A DNA stretch of 64,000 nt from the human T2T-CHM13v2.0 reference genome, Homo sapiens: assembly GCF_009914755.1 (NCBI RefSeq), contig NC_060932.1; one strand, given 5' to 3'. This document shows, piece by piece, positions 39,677-54,769 of this stretch. The position numbers and the translations under genes are program-made. The notes under the pieces were generated by a model. It was not told the DNA's origin, searched no databases, and saw only the letters and a program-made list of their open reading frames with translations. Numbering within the stretch: position 1 is the stretch's first letter; each line of letters opens with the position of its first letter.

Positions 39677-40399
39677 TAGACTACATATTAGAATACTAAA
39701 AGTAATCTGTTATAAAGAAACTTTTAAAATTTATTCAATTCTCCATTTTATTTCAAACAATTTTCATCAGGTATCTACCATACTAGTAAAGATGAAATCA
39801 GAAAATCTTCGTCATTTCTACCCCATCTTTCTTCTTTCTCAAGGTGAAACTAGGTGTCTGTTCTGTGGTTGGCCATGAAAGTGTTGATGTGTGACTTAGG
39901 ACTCCTTCACTTCTGGGAATGAAACAAAACTGGAACAAGGCAGTTCGCACACTGGGAAGAGCTCGTTTGAGCAGCTATCAAGGTGGCTAAAAGCAGTGGT
40001 CAGAGGACACTGTCATCTTTCTGACTCCAGGTACTCCTTTCAACTGTTTCTTTAGGTGCGGGCCTTGGTGTTCCCACAAAGCATGGACGATGCCCGTTGG
40101 TGCCCCAGAACCTCATCCATTCAAGGCTGCAGATGCAGGACAAAGGCACTTTCTCAGTGAACACCCTTGGGAATGATTGTGACTTCCCTCACTTACTAGG
40201 ACAGGTTCCCCGAGTCACAGGTATTTCAGTGTCTACCACTCCTTTTGTGTCTGTGTCTGGGAATGAAGGTTGAGGATTAGTGTTCTGTTTTCCTAAGAGG
40301 GAGAGTGAAGGGAAATATATAAACCAGTAATAAAAATCAATACACAAAATGTACCTTTCACAAACGGTGAGAACCGTTGCATGTTTGCAAAATTTTTGT

Positions 40400-41251
40400 T
40401 TTAAAATATTTAATGGACAAATAAAAATTTTACATACAACATGATGATTTGATATATGTATGCATTGCATATTGATTATTACCATCATATTAATTAACAA
40501 ATCCATCACCACCTACGGTTGCCATCTGTATGTGGGGAAGTGAGGACTCTTAAAATCTGCTCTTATCAAATTTCAAATATGCACTGCAATGTTAGTGACT
40601 ATAATTACCCTACTATTTATTATATCTCCAGAAGTTATTCGTTTTATATATAAGTAAACGTTTGTACCTTTTGTCCAACATCTCTCCAATTACCCCTCCC
40701 ACCAGCCCCTAGCCACCACTATTCTACTCTACTCCTGTAAGTTCAACTTGCTTTTGATTTTACACATAAGTGAGATTACACAGTATGTGTCTTTCTTTGT
40801 CTGGCTTATTTCACTTAGCATAATGCCCTCAAGCTTCATCCCTGTTGTTGTAACAGGAGCTCCTTCTTTTTTAAGGTGAATAGTATTCCACTGGGAATGT
40901 GAGTTTTACTTATATGTCAAATTTTCTTCATCCTTTCATCCCTCAAGGGGCATTTAGGTTGTTTCCACCTCTTGGCTATTAGAATAACACTGTAATGAAC
41001 ATAAGTGTGAAGATATCTCTTCAACATACTGGTTCTATTTTCTTTGGACATATACCCTGAAGCAAGACTGCTGGATAATGTTCTATTTTTAATTTTGGGG
41101 GATACTTTCACGCTGTTTTTCATAATGGCTGTACGAGTTTACGTTCCCACCAACAGTGTACAGGGCTGCCTATTGCCCACATCTTGCCAACATTTGTTTT
41201 CTTTTATCTTGTTGGTAATACCCATCCTAGGTGAGAGGTGATATCTCACTG
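40400..41251 (-). mobile_element. L1MA (MA8/MA9-like) 3' end
   Basis: Antisense 3' UTR and ORF2 C-terminus (minus ORF IAKRWKQPKCP). Confidence 0.88.
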
Positions 41252-41289
41252 GGGAGATGCTTTTGTTTGAGTAATTGTGTTGAATTAGC

Positions 41290-43400
41290 ACATCAGCATT
41301 TTGTAAAGTGATATTGTTATATTTGACTTTAAGGGTTTGCTATTATATTTGAAATTTGTGAAGATGGGACCAGTGCTAAGATATATAATTACTATTAATT
41401 CTGTGAACCAAACAAACTCAACAACATATCTTTTTGCTATGGATTATTTTCAATCAAGTTAGTAAGCTCCATAATTCTCTGTTGTGTTTTTAATTGAGAT
41501 TACATCAATATTCTAGATTGATACATAAAAAATTGATGTCTTTGCAATTCCTTTTCTCTTCCAACAACTTGATATGCCTGTTCCTTCCTTTCATCAGGTA
41601 CTTATGATTTTCAGTAATGTTACATGTTTGGGGTGGTTATGAATAAAATATTTTTCTATCACATTTCCAAATTAGATATTACTTATTTTTAAGAAGTCAT
41701 GAATGTCTTCAGCTTTTTTTTAAATGTGAGTACCTCAATTCAAATCTCATGTTCGTTCTAATCCTTCTCCTGTTGATTATCTTGGATGTTCTGGGAAGAT
41801 ATATGTATCATTTATAGGTAAAACAGATTTGTTATTATTTTCCATTACATACATCTCATGACTTTTTCTAGTTTTTTACATTTTCTTATTTCCCTAATAC
41901 AACAAATAGATGCTAATCTTTCAATTAAATGAGAATTTTATCTGTTCTATTACTAAATATATATTTACAGCAAATTGGTAATACATACCCCTTACCAAGT
42001 TAAATAAGCTCTGCAGTCTTAGCGTGGAAAGTTTTTTTTTAAATTATAAACAAATACTTAATTTAACCAAAGCTGTGTCATTTATTAAATAAGGGAAACA
42101 CAAGCAGAATCAAATGGACAACATTCAAATAATATTTTGCACTGGTGCTTAGCATTACGATTAGTCTATATGTTGCCTAGTTTGGACATCCAGGTTTCTG
42201 GATCAGCAGCATCATCATCACCTGGGAACTTGTTAGAAATAAGAAATCATTAGGTCTCTTTCAGAATACTTGATGAGACATAATGAGTTGGTGCCAGCGA
42301 TCTGAGATTTTGCAAGCCCAGTAGGTGACTCAGATGTACACTCAATTTTCAGAGCCACAGCAGTAGCTTCTCAAAATGAGTCGAGAAACGGTGAGTTTAT
42401 AAAATATAGAACTTATCTGATCCTTGAAGTTTAGTAAGAAAACATCCATGAAATAATATTGGCCTGGTCATTTCAGAAAAAATATTGACTTTTCAAAACT
42501 TATCTTTGGAATCATTGTTCTAAAAAAAATAACTTTTTTGGTTGATATGATAATTTGGATATTTCTGAAACAGCAATCATTTATTTTTCACATTTACTGG
42601 CATAAATTTGTAGTGTATTCATTTATAATGTTTATCCCCTTCAGACATCTCATTACAAATTTTCTCATTCCTTCTGTATTTCAATCCTTTTTCTTTCACT
42701 TTTTTCCTTACATATACTGGCCAAAATGTTGTTACCTTTATTGATATTTATAGTAATAAATTTTACTTTTATTCAACACACTGATGTTTTGTTGGCTTTG
42801 TTTCTATCTTATTTATTAATAATGTAATTTGTATTTTTATTATTCTTACCCTTTGAATGAATTTTTCCGTTATCACTCCTTTGTCCTTTTTGAATGGAAC
42901 AGTAACATTAAATTGGATTTTCGTCCTTGTGTTCCAGGACATAGACTATAAGTTATGAATTTGATCTAATTGATTCTTTGCCCACATCAGCATATGATGT
43001 GATGTTGTAAGTATGATACTTTTTTGTTGTTACTCTCAGTTTTAATTTCAATTAAGCTCAAGTAATATAGTGGTATGGATTTGATTTTGAAGTCTCCCAA
43101 GTGGAAATTACCTAGCTTTGTAAATTAATATTGTTTGGAAAACAGCATATGTGGTTTCTAATTGTTAATATTGATTAATTATAAGATTATTGTGTCAACA
43201 TTGGGTCAACATGTGCAAATCGTCCTTAGATATTTTATCTGTTGAGAAGTTAACCATGTGCAGTGTGTGTATATGTGTATGTGTATAGATATGTAGATAA
43301 AGATATATAGGCATGTACTACATTATTCAGTTTATTAGTTATTTCAATCCTGTCTATATAATCTAATTTGGGCAAGCAGTATTTGAGTAAGTAGTAACAG
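41290..43400 (-). mobile_element. Very old L1ME-like ORF2 remnant
   Basis: Degenerate T-rich L1-like motifs (ATTGATGTCTTTGCAAT, TTGATTATCTTGGATGTTCT). Confidence 0.5.
42176..42360 (+). mobile_element. MER5A hAT-Charlie MITE
   Basis: GGATCAGCAGCATCATCATCACCTGGGAACTTGTTAGAAAT...AGGTGACTCAGATG. Confidence 0.85.
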
Positions 43401-43597
43401 TTTCCTACTATTGGAAGGAAAAGTTTTCAAATCAGCCAACCATAGTGAAAATCAATTTAGAATAATTTTTACTTTAGGTATGAAGGTATAATTCAAAACA
43501 CGAGGGTGCACATACATATTTTTTTATTTTAATCAAAATTCATTTACTCCAAGCCCTGTAACTTCCTAGCTAGCTGGATATCAAAACTCAGTAATTG

Positions 43598-44507
43598 TAT
43601 TTTTTGTGGTAAATATAACACAGAATGTGAAATTTACCCTCTTAAAAATTTTTGAAGTGTTGAATACATATTATTAACTATATACATATTCTTGTATATC
43701 ACATCTAGAAAGCTTTTCCATCTTTCCTTGCTAAAACGCTAGGCTTACTGAACAGCAACTTTCCATTTCACTTTTCCTTGCCACCCCGCCCCCGGCTACC
43801 ACCATTCTGCTTCCTGTTTCCATGATTTGGAAGATTTAAGTTACCTCATGTGAGTGGAATCATGCCATGTTTGTACTTTTGTTCTCAAAATACAGCAATG
43901 TTAGCATAAGACAGAATTTTCTTTTTTTAAGGTAGAATAATATTTCATTGCATGAATGTACCATATTTTTCTAAATCTATTCATCCATCAGTGAACATTT
44001 AGGTTATTTCCACCTCTTGGCTATTGTGAATAACGCTGCAATGATCATGGGAGGGCAACTACGTCTTTGATATTCTGATTTCGGTTCTTTGGGATAAATA
44101 CCTAGGAGTGGAATTGCTGCACCATAGGGGAGCTCTTTTTATAATTTTCTGAGGAGCGTCTATGCTGTTTTTCAGAGAAGCTGCACCATTTTATATTCCT
44201 ACTAGCAGTGCACAAAGATCGCAATTTCTTCACATCCTTGCCAATATTTGCTATTTCCCTGGTTGTTTTGTTTTTTCTTGTTGTTGTTGTTGTTTGTTTT
44301 ATAATGGCCATCCTCACAGGTGTGAGGTGATACCTCATTATGATTTTGATTTGCATTTACCGCAGGATTAGTGATGTTCAACATCCTTTCATACACCTTT
44401 TGGCCAGTTGTATGTCTTCAGGTTATTTGAGTTTTTGCTATTGCATTGCAGGAGCTTCTTATACATTTTGGATATTAACCCCTTATCAGACAGAGGTTTT
44501 TCAAATT
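43598..44507 (-). mobile_element. L1MA10/L1MB-like 3' end
   Basis: Minus ORF MQIKIIMRYHLTPVRMAIIK is the ORF2 C-terminus. Antisense 3' UTR. Confidence 0.88.
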
Positions 44508-45320
44508 TGAACTGAATTACCCCTTCTGTTTTCCTTTTATGTTCCTGGAATTACGCACAACTTCTCAAAGCACAATCAATGTGCCATGTTGTTTGCGGCA
44601 AATCCCAAGTACGGGGCTACTGAATGTGCCGGGCCTCGTAGTCCCAGTAGCAAACTCTTTACCTGCATTATGTTTATTTCGTTAGCGTTTTGAGTATTTT
44701 TCTGTGTTACAGGATACAGAGTCACATTCTGGTTTGCTAGACCTCAACATGGAGATATAAAAGTGAATCTATTTCTACTGCTCTTCCCTGTATTTTGTAC
44801 TCTCTTGAATCACATACGGGGACATTCTCTACATGCTCTCTAGCACACCAGTGTGGCGGGCTCCATGCCCATCTCACTCCATTTGGGCCTGAAAACGTCT
44901 TCTTCCAATTAACTTTCAATTCTTTACATCTACCTAACTTACTCCTCCTTTCTTTGACTGCTTGATATTTTACAACTTCTATATTAAATAGGTTTCTCTA
45001 GAGAAACACAACATATCGTGAGAAAGACAGTAGGGATGACAAGGGAATAAGCGAAACGTGTCAAACACACTATTTGGGGAATATGGCTGAGGTTATGTAG
45101 GAATTTTTGTGCCTTTTTAAAATAATTTTTTTCACCTGAATTTACTTCAAAATAGAAAGCTAAGAGAACAAATAAGCAGGGAAATATTCTCTCAACTGAT
45201 AATCATGGCATTTCTAGATTTATCTTGTTGTAAATCTCACGAGTTCAAAAGCTTTTTCTTGTTGTTGTTGCTGCTGTTGTTAATTGTTGGATAGATAGTA
45301 CATCAAAATAAATTTATTTA

Positions 45321-45613
45321 TTTCTTTAGTACCTATTTATCTCTTTACTTTTTGAGACAGGGTCTCATGCCGTTCCTCAGGCTAGAGTGCAGTGATGAGA
45401 TTCCAAGGCTCAAGCTGTCCTCCCACCTCAGCCTCCCAAGTAGCTAGGAACACAAGTGCATGCCACAACACCTGCTAGGTTTTGTATTGTTTAGTAGAAA
45501 CAGGGTTTTGCCATGTTGCTGAGCCTGTTCTCAAACTCCTGAGCTCAAGCGATCCACTTGCCTTTGCCTCCCAAAAGTGCTGGGATTACAGGCATGAGCC
45601 ACAGTGCCCAGCC
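45321..45613 (-). mobile_element. AluJ
   Basis: GAGACAGGGTCTC and CCTGAGCTCAAGCGATCC are J-type. TSD core AAATTTATTTA on both sides. Confidence 0.92.
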
Positions 45614-46334
45614 AAGAAATTTATTTATAGGTATAACAATTATTGTTATTATACTACATAAAGTGATATGTTTTATAAAAATGTATGCCAGCAAGCCCCA
45701 TTTTGCAAATAAGTTTCCTGCAATGCACACATCAGAAGTGTGAGCTCACAGAAGACAATTTATCACTGATTATACATGAAATATAGGAAATTAATATCAG
45801 TTGTTTCTTTCAGTGTTTATATGTGTATTTTTGACTTTTTGATAAAATATTCTATATTGCATACACTTTAAGTTTTCTCTAAAATTTAAATCATTATAAA
45901 CAATAGTGAGAGAGAATTGCAGTCTTAACTATAATTTATTAGGGTATGACTATATTACCTAAGATGTAGTTAGGATGAAAATGAATGCAAACAGAATGTA
46001 TAGGAGGATGTTTAATAAAATCATATGACTATATTTGATGTTAACATATAAACTATGTACAGCATGATGATTCTCCATTTCAACTCACAAAGAGAGGATG
46101 ATTAAAGAAGATGAAAATATGCATCTTCACCATTTGATAGTGCATTAACCTAAAGTCCTCATTCTTTTATTTTAGCTCTCAGCAGATAATAATCATCAGT
46201 TCTCAGTTTCAAACTCTTGTTCCCTGGAAAAAAAACGCCCATTAAAGAAAAATGAAAACGCCTTGAAGCAGAATAGCTCAGAGATTCAAGGGTAACATTA
46301 GGGATTATAAAATAATTTCATTTACTTTCTTTAT

Positions 46335-46540
46335 ATCAACAATAATGCTGCATTTGCATGCCAGCATTTTCAAAGCTGATTCAATATGCTATCTTATTTG
46401 AAACTTCAATAAAACCCTGTGATTTTGTTAGGAGATATTGTTATTCTAATTATACTGATGAAGCAACAGATGAAACTGGGAGAGAAAAGTGGCTTTCTCA
46501 AATTAACAGAGCTAAATAAATGGAAGATACAAATACCAAA
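46335..46540 (-). mobile_element. MIR remnant
   Basis: AAAACCCTGTGA...TTATACTGATGAAGCAAC...AAGTGGCTTTCTCAAATTAACAGAGCTA. Confidence 0.5.
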
Positions 46541-47069
46541 ATATGAGAATCATCAACACGTTTATGGTATTTAGGTAATCCAAAAACGTTTTTAAATATC
46601 CATTATAAATTAATCATCAGTTGAATAAGATAGGTAGACATGGTTATGGCTATGGACATTAATACATAGATGTAAACAAAGATACGAGTATGGACATAAA
46701 TATAATCAATGACAAAGTTCTTATAAAGAGAATCAATCCCCTTAGTGGATCCAGGTGTATGCAAAAATTCCCCTGATAGAACACAGTGGAAAAGTCTGCT
46801 GAATTTTAAATACATTGACAAAATTGTGAAGTATTTTCAGTTGGAAGGAAGGTAAGATTAAACTGATGATACAATTAAATGGAAGCATGTCTCCATGGGG
46901 TTAAGCAAATTGTGCCATAGGCTTGTACTCAATCCTGAAGGAAACAAAAATTGACACTTTATGCATTATGAGTTTACGATCACAAGCCGAATTCTACATG
47001 ATTTTGAAGCTAGAGTCAAAATATCCATGTAATATGATAAATTGCAAGCTGAAAGCTACTTTTAAAGCG

Positions 47070-47262
47070 GGGTTTGTCATGAAAGAATGTTGAATTTTAT
47101 CGAATACGTTTACTGCATTTATTGGGAAACTCATGTAGTTTTGGTCCTTCTTTCTGTTAATGTGATGTATCACGTTTATTCATTAGCATATGTTCAACTA
47201 TTCTTGCATCCCTGGGATAAATTCCATTTCATCATGGTATATTATCTTTCTGAGATGTTCTG
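47070..47262 (-). mobile_element. Isolated L1 ORF2 (RT) internal fragment
   Basis: CATGAAAGAATGTTGAATTTTATC...CTTGCATCCCTGGGATAAATTCCA. Confidence 0.85.
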
Positions 47263-47419
47263 GTCCAAAACACTTTTGAAATCCAGCTGAGCAAACTGCA
47301 TTAGATTTCAAGACCTAAAAATAATCATCCATGGCTCTCAGCTCTGTCTTCTGGGATCTCAGCTCTATCTTCTGAGTAATGTTTCTTTTTCACTGCTTCA
47401 CTTTTTTTTCACTATGAGA

Positions 47420-47910
47420 CATGTATTCAATAATCATGGTTGCAGATTAATACTAACATAGAATTTTATTACTAGTGATCATTGAATAGCCTCAAATTGA
47501 AACAGTAACTGCCCACTAACAGCAGACTGGATAAATAAATCGTGGTATATTTTCGTAATGATACATACATAGACGTGAGAATTAATAAACTCTAACTTCA
47601 TGCAAGAATATGTATGAATGCCACAAATAAATTACCGACTTAAAAAAAGACAAAAGAGAAAACGTACCAAATTATTCCATTTGTGTAATCTACAAAACTT
47701 ATCAAAATTATGTTGTTAAAATTAGTATGGTGGTTGCCCTAGAGGGCTACTGAATGAAATAGAATGGGGCAGAAGAAAGAGTTTTGTGAGATGCTGGTTC
47801 AATTATGTTTTTAGATCTGGGTTCACTTAGTGAAAATCCATCAAATGCATTTATTTTTAATATGCATATTTATGCTTGTAAATCATATATTAATATTTTA
47901 AAAGTTGATA
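47420..47910 (+). mobile_element. L1ME-like 3' end remnant
   Basis: TGGATAAATAAATCGTGGTATATT...GTTCACTTAGTGAAAATCCATCAA. Confidence 0.7.
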
Positions 47911-48244
47911 TTAAATTAAAATACTAGCTAGAGACTGCATATAAATTAAATTAAAGCAGGTGAAATTTAAGACTTTCCGACTTTATTGGTTTGTGTCTAA
48001 AGATACTGATTAACGTTAGGATTTAAATAAAGATGTAAGAATTTTAAGGGTATCCAAGGAAATAATGGGCTACCGATTGTGTACCTGAACTCATGTAATT
48101 TTTTTGCCATTAGGTCAGATTATTTTACATAGGTTTTTCATAGATTCTTTCTCATTCCAACAACATAAGTCTTTATTATTGTCTATTGTACACATGTGTA
48201 GATATGATTTGGTCATGACACAGACAAAGATAAAATCTATAATC

Positions 48245-48349
48245 TTTTATTTTTATCTTAGGTTCCAGGATACATGTACAGAATGTGCAGTTTTGTTAAG
48301 TAGGTATACACGTGCCATGGTGGTTTGCTGCACCCATCAACCCGTCGTC
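48245..48349 (-). mobile_element. L1PA7/8-like extreme 3' end (about 100 bp)
   Basis: GGTATACACGTGCCATGGTGGTTTGCTGCACCCATCAACCCGTC. TSD AAAATCTATAATCTTT / AAAATCTACGATCCTT. Confidence 0.88.
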
Positions 48350-48374
48350 AAAATCTACGATCCTTAACATGGCT

Positions 48375-49630
<1,256 letters not shown>

Positions 49631-49715
49631 TTTAATCTTGGTCTTTGGTTTTCTACAATTTAATTATGATATTGTTAAGTGTTTATTTTTGGTATTTATA
49701 CATTCTGATGTTACC

Positions 49716-49927
49716 TGAGCATCATTAGATTGCTCATTTGAAGTTTTGCCTCTTTTCTGATGGAGGCACTTACAGCTGTAAACTGGCCAATTGGTATTTC
49801 TTTCACTGTATCTCGCAGAGTTTGGTATGTGGTGTTCCATTATCATTTGTTTCAAGAAAATTTTCCATTTACTGTTCAATTTCTTCATTGACTCACTGGT
49901 CATTCAGGAGCATATTGTTGAATTTCT
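49716..49927 (-). mobile_element. Isolated L1 ORF2 fragment
   Basis: CTTCATTGACTCACTGGTCATTCAGGAGCATATTGTTGAATTTC (encodes NMLLNDQ on the minus strand). Confidence 0.85.
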
Positions 49928-52900
49928 AAGATCAGTGAAGTCAACTATGCTGAGAAAATTATTAACGTCATTAAAAAACAAGAAACAAAAAAAGTTAGAA
50001 GTGGGAGGGCTTTTATTGTCTTATCTACTTACTTTATCACCAAAAAGTTCTGGAGCACTTTGAAGTTAACGAACATTTTGTATACTAAAAGAAGTAGCCC
50101 CAATAGGGATTGAGGTATTCTTCTTCATTTACAAATGAGTTCGACAAACTGTAAGGAGAAAAACCAACTAAACATATGGAATATTCCTTCTTGTAGAAGA
50201 AAAAAATTAATTAATCAAATTAAAAATTAAAAAATAAACACTTATAAGCTCAGTACAGCATGGGCAAGAAAGGAGAATGAAGAAGAAAAGCTGGCTCCTA
50301 CGGTAATAAAATGCTTGCCAAAGTTGCCGAGAATTCAGAGAAACTGGAAACAAGATAAAAATTGCAAGATGGTAAATGTGATGGAAAGACACGGGAGACT
50401 ACACATGACTTTCTTATCTGGAAAAAATAAATCAAGTAGATTTTTTAAATAGTCAAATATATAAAAGAAATAAATCTTTTGGAAAAAAAAAGACTTTAAT
50501 CTGAAGACCTCTCAAATTTGCTTTGTTTGGATATACCAAAAAAAATTGAATAAATTTGAATGAAAACAAACATGTTTTATTCAAACTACCAGGTGAATAA
50601 ACAATTTATCTGCAAGGACAAAAGCAAACTGATTCTCACTCCACTTACTAACAGCAAAGTCTTTTGCTCCATATTTACCCATAACCCTACTAACTCTATA
50701 GAAGCCTCAAAACTCACAAATTTACTCTGTTTTTTCTCTTTCTTTAAGAAAATATTTCTGTCAACTCACACAGCAGGAATATCAAGGGCAAAGTGGAAGT
50801 CTCATGAGTCCCAGGTGAGGCCTTTGAGTCCTTCTGCACTTTGGATGCAGTTGGTCTTCACAGGTGTGAGTAGGAGGTATGGACCACCTTTATTCAGTGA
50901 AGTTCTGGGATTCCCTTAGGTTTTATGTTTTCTAGGCAAGTAGCAGCCACATCAGGGCTACAGGAATAGCTCCCATTTCCCAGCAGTGCGGCATGATGTC
51001 AATATCACTGACTTACCAATTGCAGTTGCACAATGGTCAACAATTTCTACAGTGACCTACAGATGCGTTATTCTTCACATGTTAAGTTCCATTGGATCCT
51101 CATATTTTAAAATGGGAATAGAACTTTTTGAGTTTATTGGGGAAGGAGGATTAAATGACGACTTAAATCCTCAAGGATCCCTAATCAGAGAGGGGAAAGA
51201 CTATGACACATTTTCCTTCTATTCTAGAAGTTTGAAAGGAAAATTCCCACAATAGTGAGAAGTTTCCCAAATTACATTGTGGGAGCACAAGCCATTGGAA
51301 ATATGATCCCACTTTATTTTAAAAAAATCAAGCCTCCTTATAACATTCTACTCTTACATTAAGCTTCATTTAAAATGGCAATATCAATTTGCCAGTGAAA
51401 TCATGAAGGAAATTGTCGCCAAGGCACAAGGATAAAAGTCTTACAAAAAGAAAACTATTGATAACTTAATTGAACTTTCAAGTTAAACTATCAGAAAGAT
51501 ATGTGCCTCTGAATAATATAAACAACATTTAAAATGTTTAAATGAAAGTGGTAAGAAAAAGAATAAAATCTCAATTAAATGGTCTATACTCTGAAAGGCT
51601 AAGGAAGGGGAAAATTGATCCTGAGAATATTTACCTTGGCTAAAATGACCTTATCAACCAGTAGATAATTTCAAAATTCTTGAGAAAACTATCTTTACAT
51701 AAGTTTGTCATTTAATTTGCTTCACAAATTCTTGTTCTTAACATTTCAGAAACTGCTTAGATTATAATATATAAACTTTTTGAAGAGATATATTTCCACA
51801 AAACCTCTGATAATTAAAAAGTAGAATAGATATATATTAGAGGAAACCAATCGTGAACTGACACACTTAGTTACATAAAGTGAGAATGTTGAACTATTAT
51901 CTACTTGCAAATAAGAAATATTTACAAACTGCTTAGACTAAACAGAAAATTATACACAAAGACTATTGTAAAGCAATTAGAATTCAACTCTATGAGATTT
52001 ATTTTGGAAACTATAACTACATTCTTTTAGTTTGCAAATAAATATTAATAGCTGTGAAACCATATGTTCGTGGCAAGGAAGTCTTAAAATATGAAGAAAT
52101 CAGTATGCTGACCAGAAAACAGGCAAATAAAGACGTGCTGTGCTATAAAGGACATTTTGCTGATTCTAGACTATTAAACTACTTACATTCCTTGGAGATA
52201 TGTGACTTATTTTGGTCTCTAGATCTAATTTTCCCAATTAATGTTTAAGAATTCTTCAAGGGATTTTTGATGTAATAAGATACATCTACTTGAAGGTGGA
52301 CAAGTTGTTTATATCCCTAAGTAATTTTTTGCGAAGCTCTTCAACATATTTAGCAAAATTAAAATACCATTCAACCGACAGTTATTAATTAGATTGGGGA
52401 TTTCAGTTTGTATCCTTAATTAGGATTACTATTAAATAATAAAATTGGTTATTTTAGCTATGTTTAAGTAGAAATAAAATCATCCTCTAGTCGTAAATAT
52501 GACTAGACATATAGGCCATGAGTAAATATTTATGACTAGAAAAAGATTGTTGATAGTTTTCATCCACCGTATGTTGAAGGGATTAATATACACTTATACA
52601 TTAGACATTTTTATGCAGATGAAAAAAGAAAAATATTCATGTGAATAAATTTTCATGTGAAAACCTGGCTAATAAAGTTAGATAAATATTTCTATTCTAT
52701 CTGAGCAGCAACTATCAAGTTAAATGATTTATTACCTAGCTGCTAAACTAAACTTGTTTCTGTATGCAAATTAAAATAACTGAGGGTTTTATAAAAACTA
52801 TCTTGAAGTAGGTATCTCAAAGTGATGTGGTATATTAGGTAATAAAAAAATGTACGTATGGTATTTTTTTTCCTGTTAAAGAGAGTGAAGGGTGAATCAC

Positions 52901-53056
52901 TTAGACACAAGGAGAACAGAGTTTAGAGACCATACATGTCTGGGCACAGCCCACGTGTATCTACATGGCAACACCTACTCCTGCTTGGTACATTTGGGTT
53001 TTGGCAAAACTAAACCTCACACTGGCTTTGGGCCTTATCTATCAAATTACAAAAAG

Positions 53057-53696
53057 TGGGTATTGGTGCGACTCTGGAAGGGATCCTCAGTCCTCAGTCA
53101 TTGTCTTCTTGGGAAAAGATAATTTGGCCCAAAGACAGTACATTTAAGGCAGACACAAGAATTTGCTGAAGCAAAGAAAAGTACGCTTGGAGGGAATGAA
53201 GCGGACAACTCCAAAAACTGAGTGCTTGTCCAAACTTTGGCTCAGGCCCTTTACACAGTTACTATTTTCATCCTGGTCTCTTCCTCTTGTCCTTCCCCTT
53301 GGGTGGGCTGTTGGCCATTCGCGGCATGTGCAGCATTGCCGGCATTTGGGAGGAGCCAAATGCGCTATTTGTTGGTGGAAGGTAGGCGCATGCTCTCTAA
53401 GAGCAATTTTCCCTTACCAGCCTAGCGCCCCCAGAGGAAGGTCATATATATGTCAAGCTCCACCATTTTGCCCCTTACTGTGCAAGCCTGGGCATGTCCT
53501 CAGCGGAAGGTCAAACTCTGCCATTTTAAGTTCTAATCGGAAAGTTGTTGCCCACAAGCTCAAGATATTTCCTTGTTAGGAAATTTCCCCTCCCTGTCAC
53601 CAGCTACCTTACAATCGCCTGATAGTCACCTGTTTCCTGACATTCTTTGGGGCCCGTGGTGCCCTGCTGGTATCTGCTTGTCTACCTACTCTAACA
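53057..53696 (-). mobile_element. MER50-family ERV1 solo LTR
   Basis: Minus strand starts TGTTAGAGTAGGTAG and contains GGCAAAATGGTGGAG, ATATGACCTTCCTCT and ACAGCCCACCCAAGGG. 4-bp TSD AAAG (53053-53056, 53697-53700). Confidence 0.8.
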
Positions 53697-54769
53697 AAAG
53701 CATTAGAGTGACTGAGCTTACTTTCTTGATGGTGACCTTCGCATTACTGCTGAGTGCAAAGGTGAAAACAGAGCATGTTTTGATCCATAAAATTATGAAT
53801 ATTTGCACTAAAATTTTATGCCCATCTCCTGACAAATTATCTTCCCTCTTTTATGTGGAAATAAAAATTCTGAGTTTTAGCCAACAACTCCTGAAATTTA
53901 CTTATGAATATATCAAAGAATAACTAAACGAAATGTGAATAAGGACCTGTGAGTGCAATGTTTCTATCAAAATATATTTTAAAATTATTTATAAATAAAG
54001 AATTATGGATTTTTTTTAATTTAATACTTTTGAGAAAAGTTTTTAATTTGTTGGGTACTACTTACCAACAAATAAATTGTCTTTTGAGATACTAAAATGG
54101 AACAAGATAATAAACATCCTTCTTTGCCCACTTTCTAAAACAAATTATACTTTAACACTAAAGTTGCCTCATTGAAGATGAGCTTGGTGCTTGTAAAACG
54201 AGGAGTTAATGATGAATTTCACACAGAAACCTCAACGCCTTTTGTTTTATGTCTTTAATTTCACTACTCACCTGATTATATGAAATTTTATGTGAAAATT
54301 AGGTGTACTGTGTTTCTGTATTATTTATAATTCCTATGTAGAAAACTTCCTTTTCCCACCCATACCTAGCAATTGGTTTCATTGATAATAAAATGATTAA
54401 TCTAGAAGTAAATGCATGAAGTTGTATCCAGGATGCTTGAGTCAGGGTTAAAAAAATGAATGCAGAAAAGGAAAGTAAAAAAAAAAAATAGAGATCACTA
54501 AATTTGGACAGCAGTTTAATTTGAACACTGTAGAAAAAGGTCATATAAACCTTGTAAAAATAAAAATTTTTAAAAATAGCTTAAAACTATCTTAAAAACA
54601 ATTTGAAAATTAATAATTTTTATAATATTTTCTCAAATTACAGAAAAGTTAAGAAAAGTACTTAAAATGGAAATATCAGCATAGACATATAAACTTTTAA
54701 AAATTGGTGGGTTTTTTGCTTGGTTTGTCTTCTTCCTCTTTCCTTATCATGCTTTTTCTCTACTGGAAT

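Noticed and set aside
53163-53579. 138-aa ORF that might be retroviral
   Set aside because: It lies within a MER50-family LTR and has no gag, pol or env motifs.
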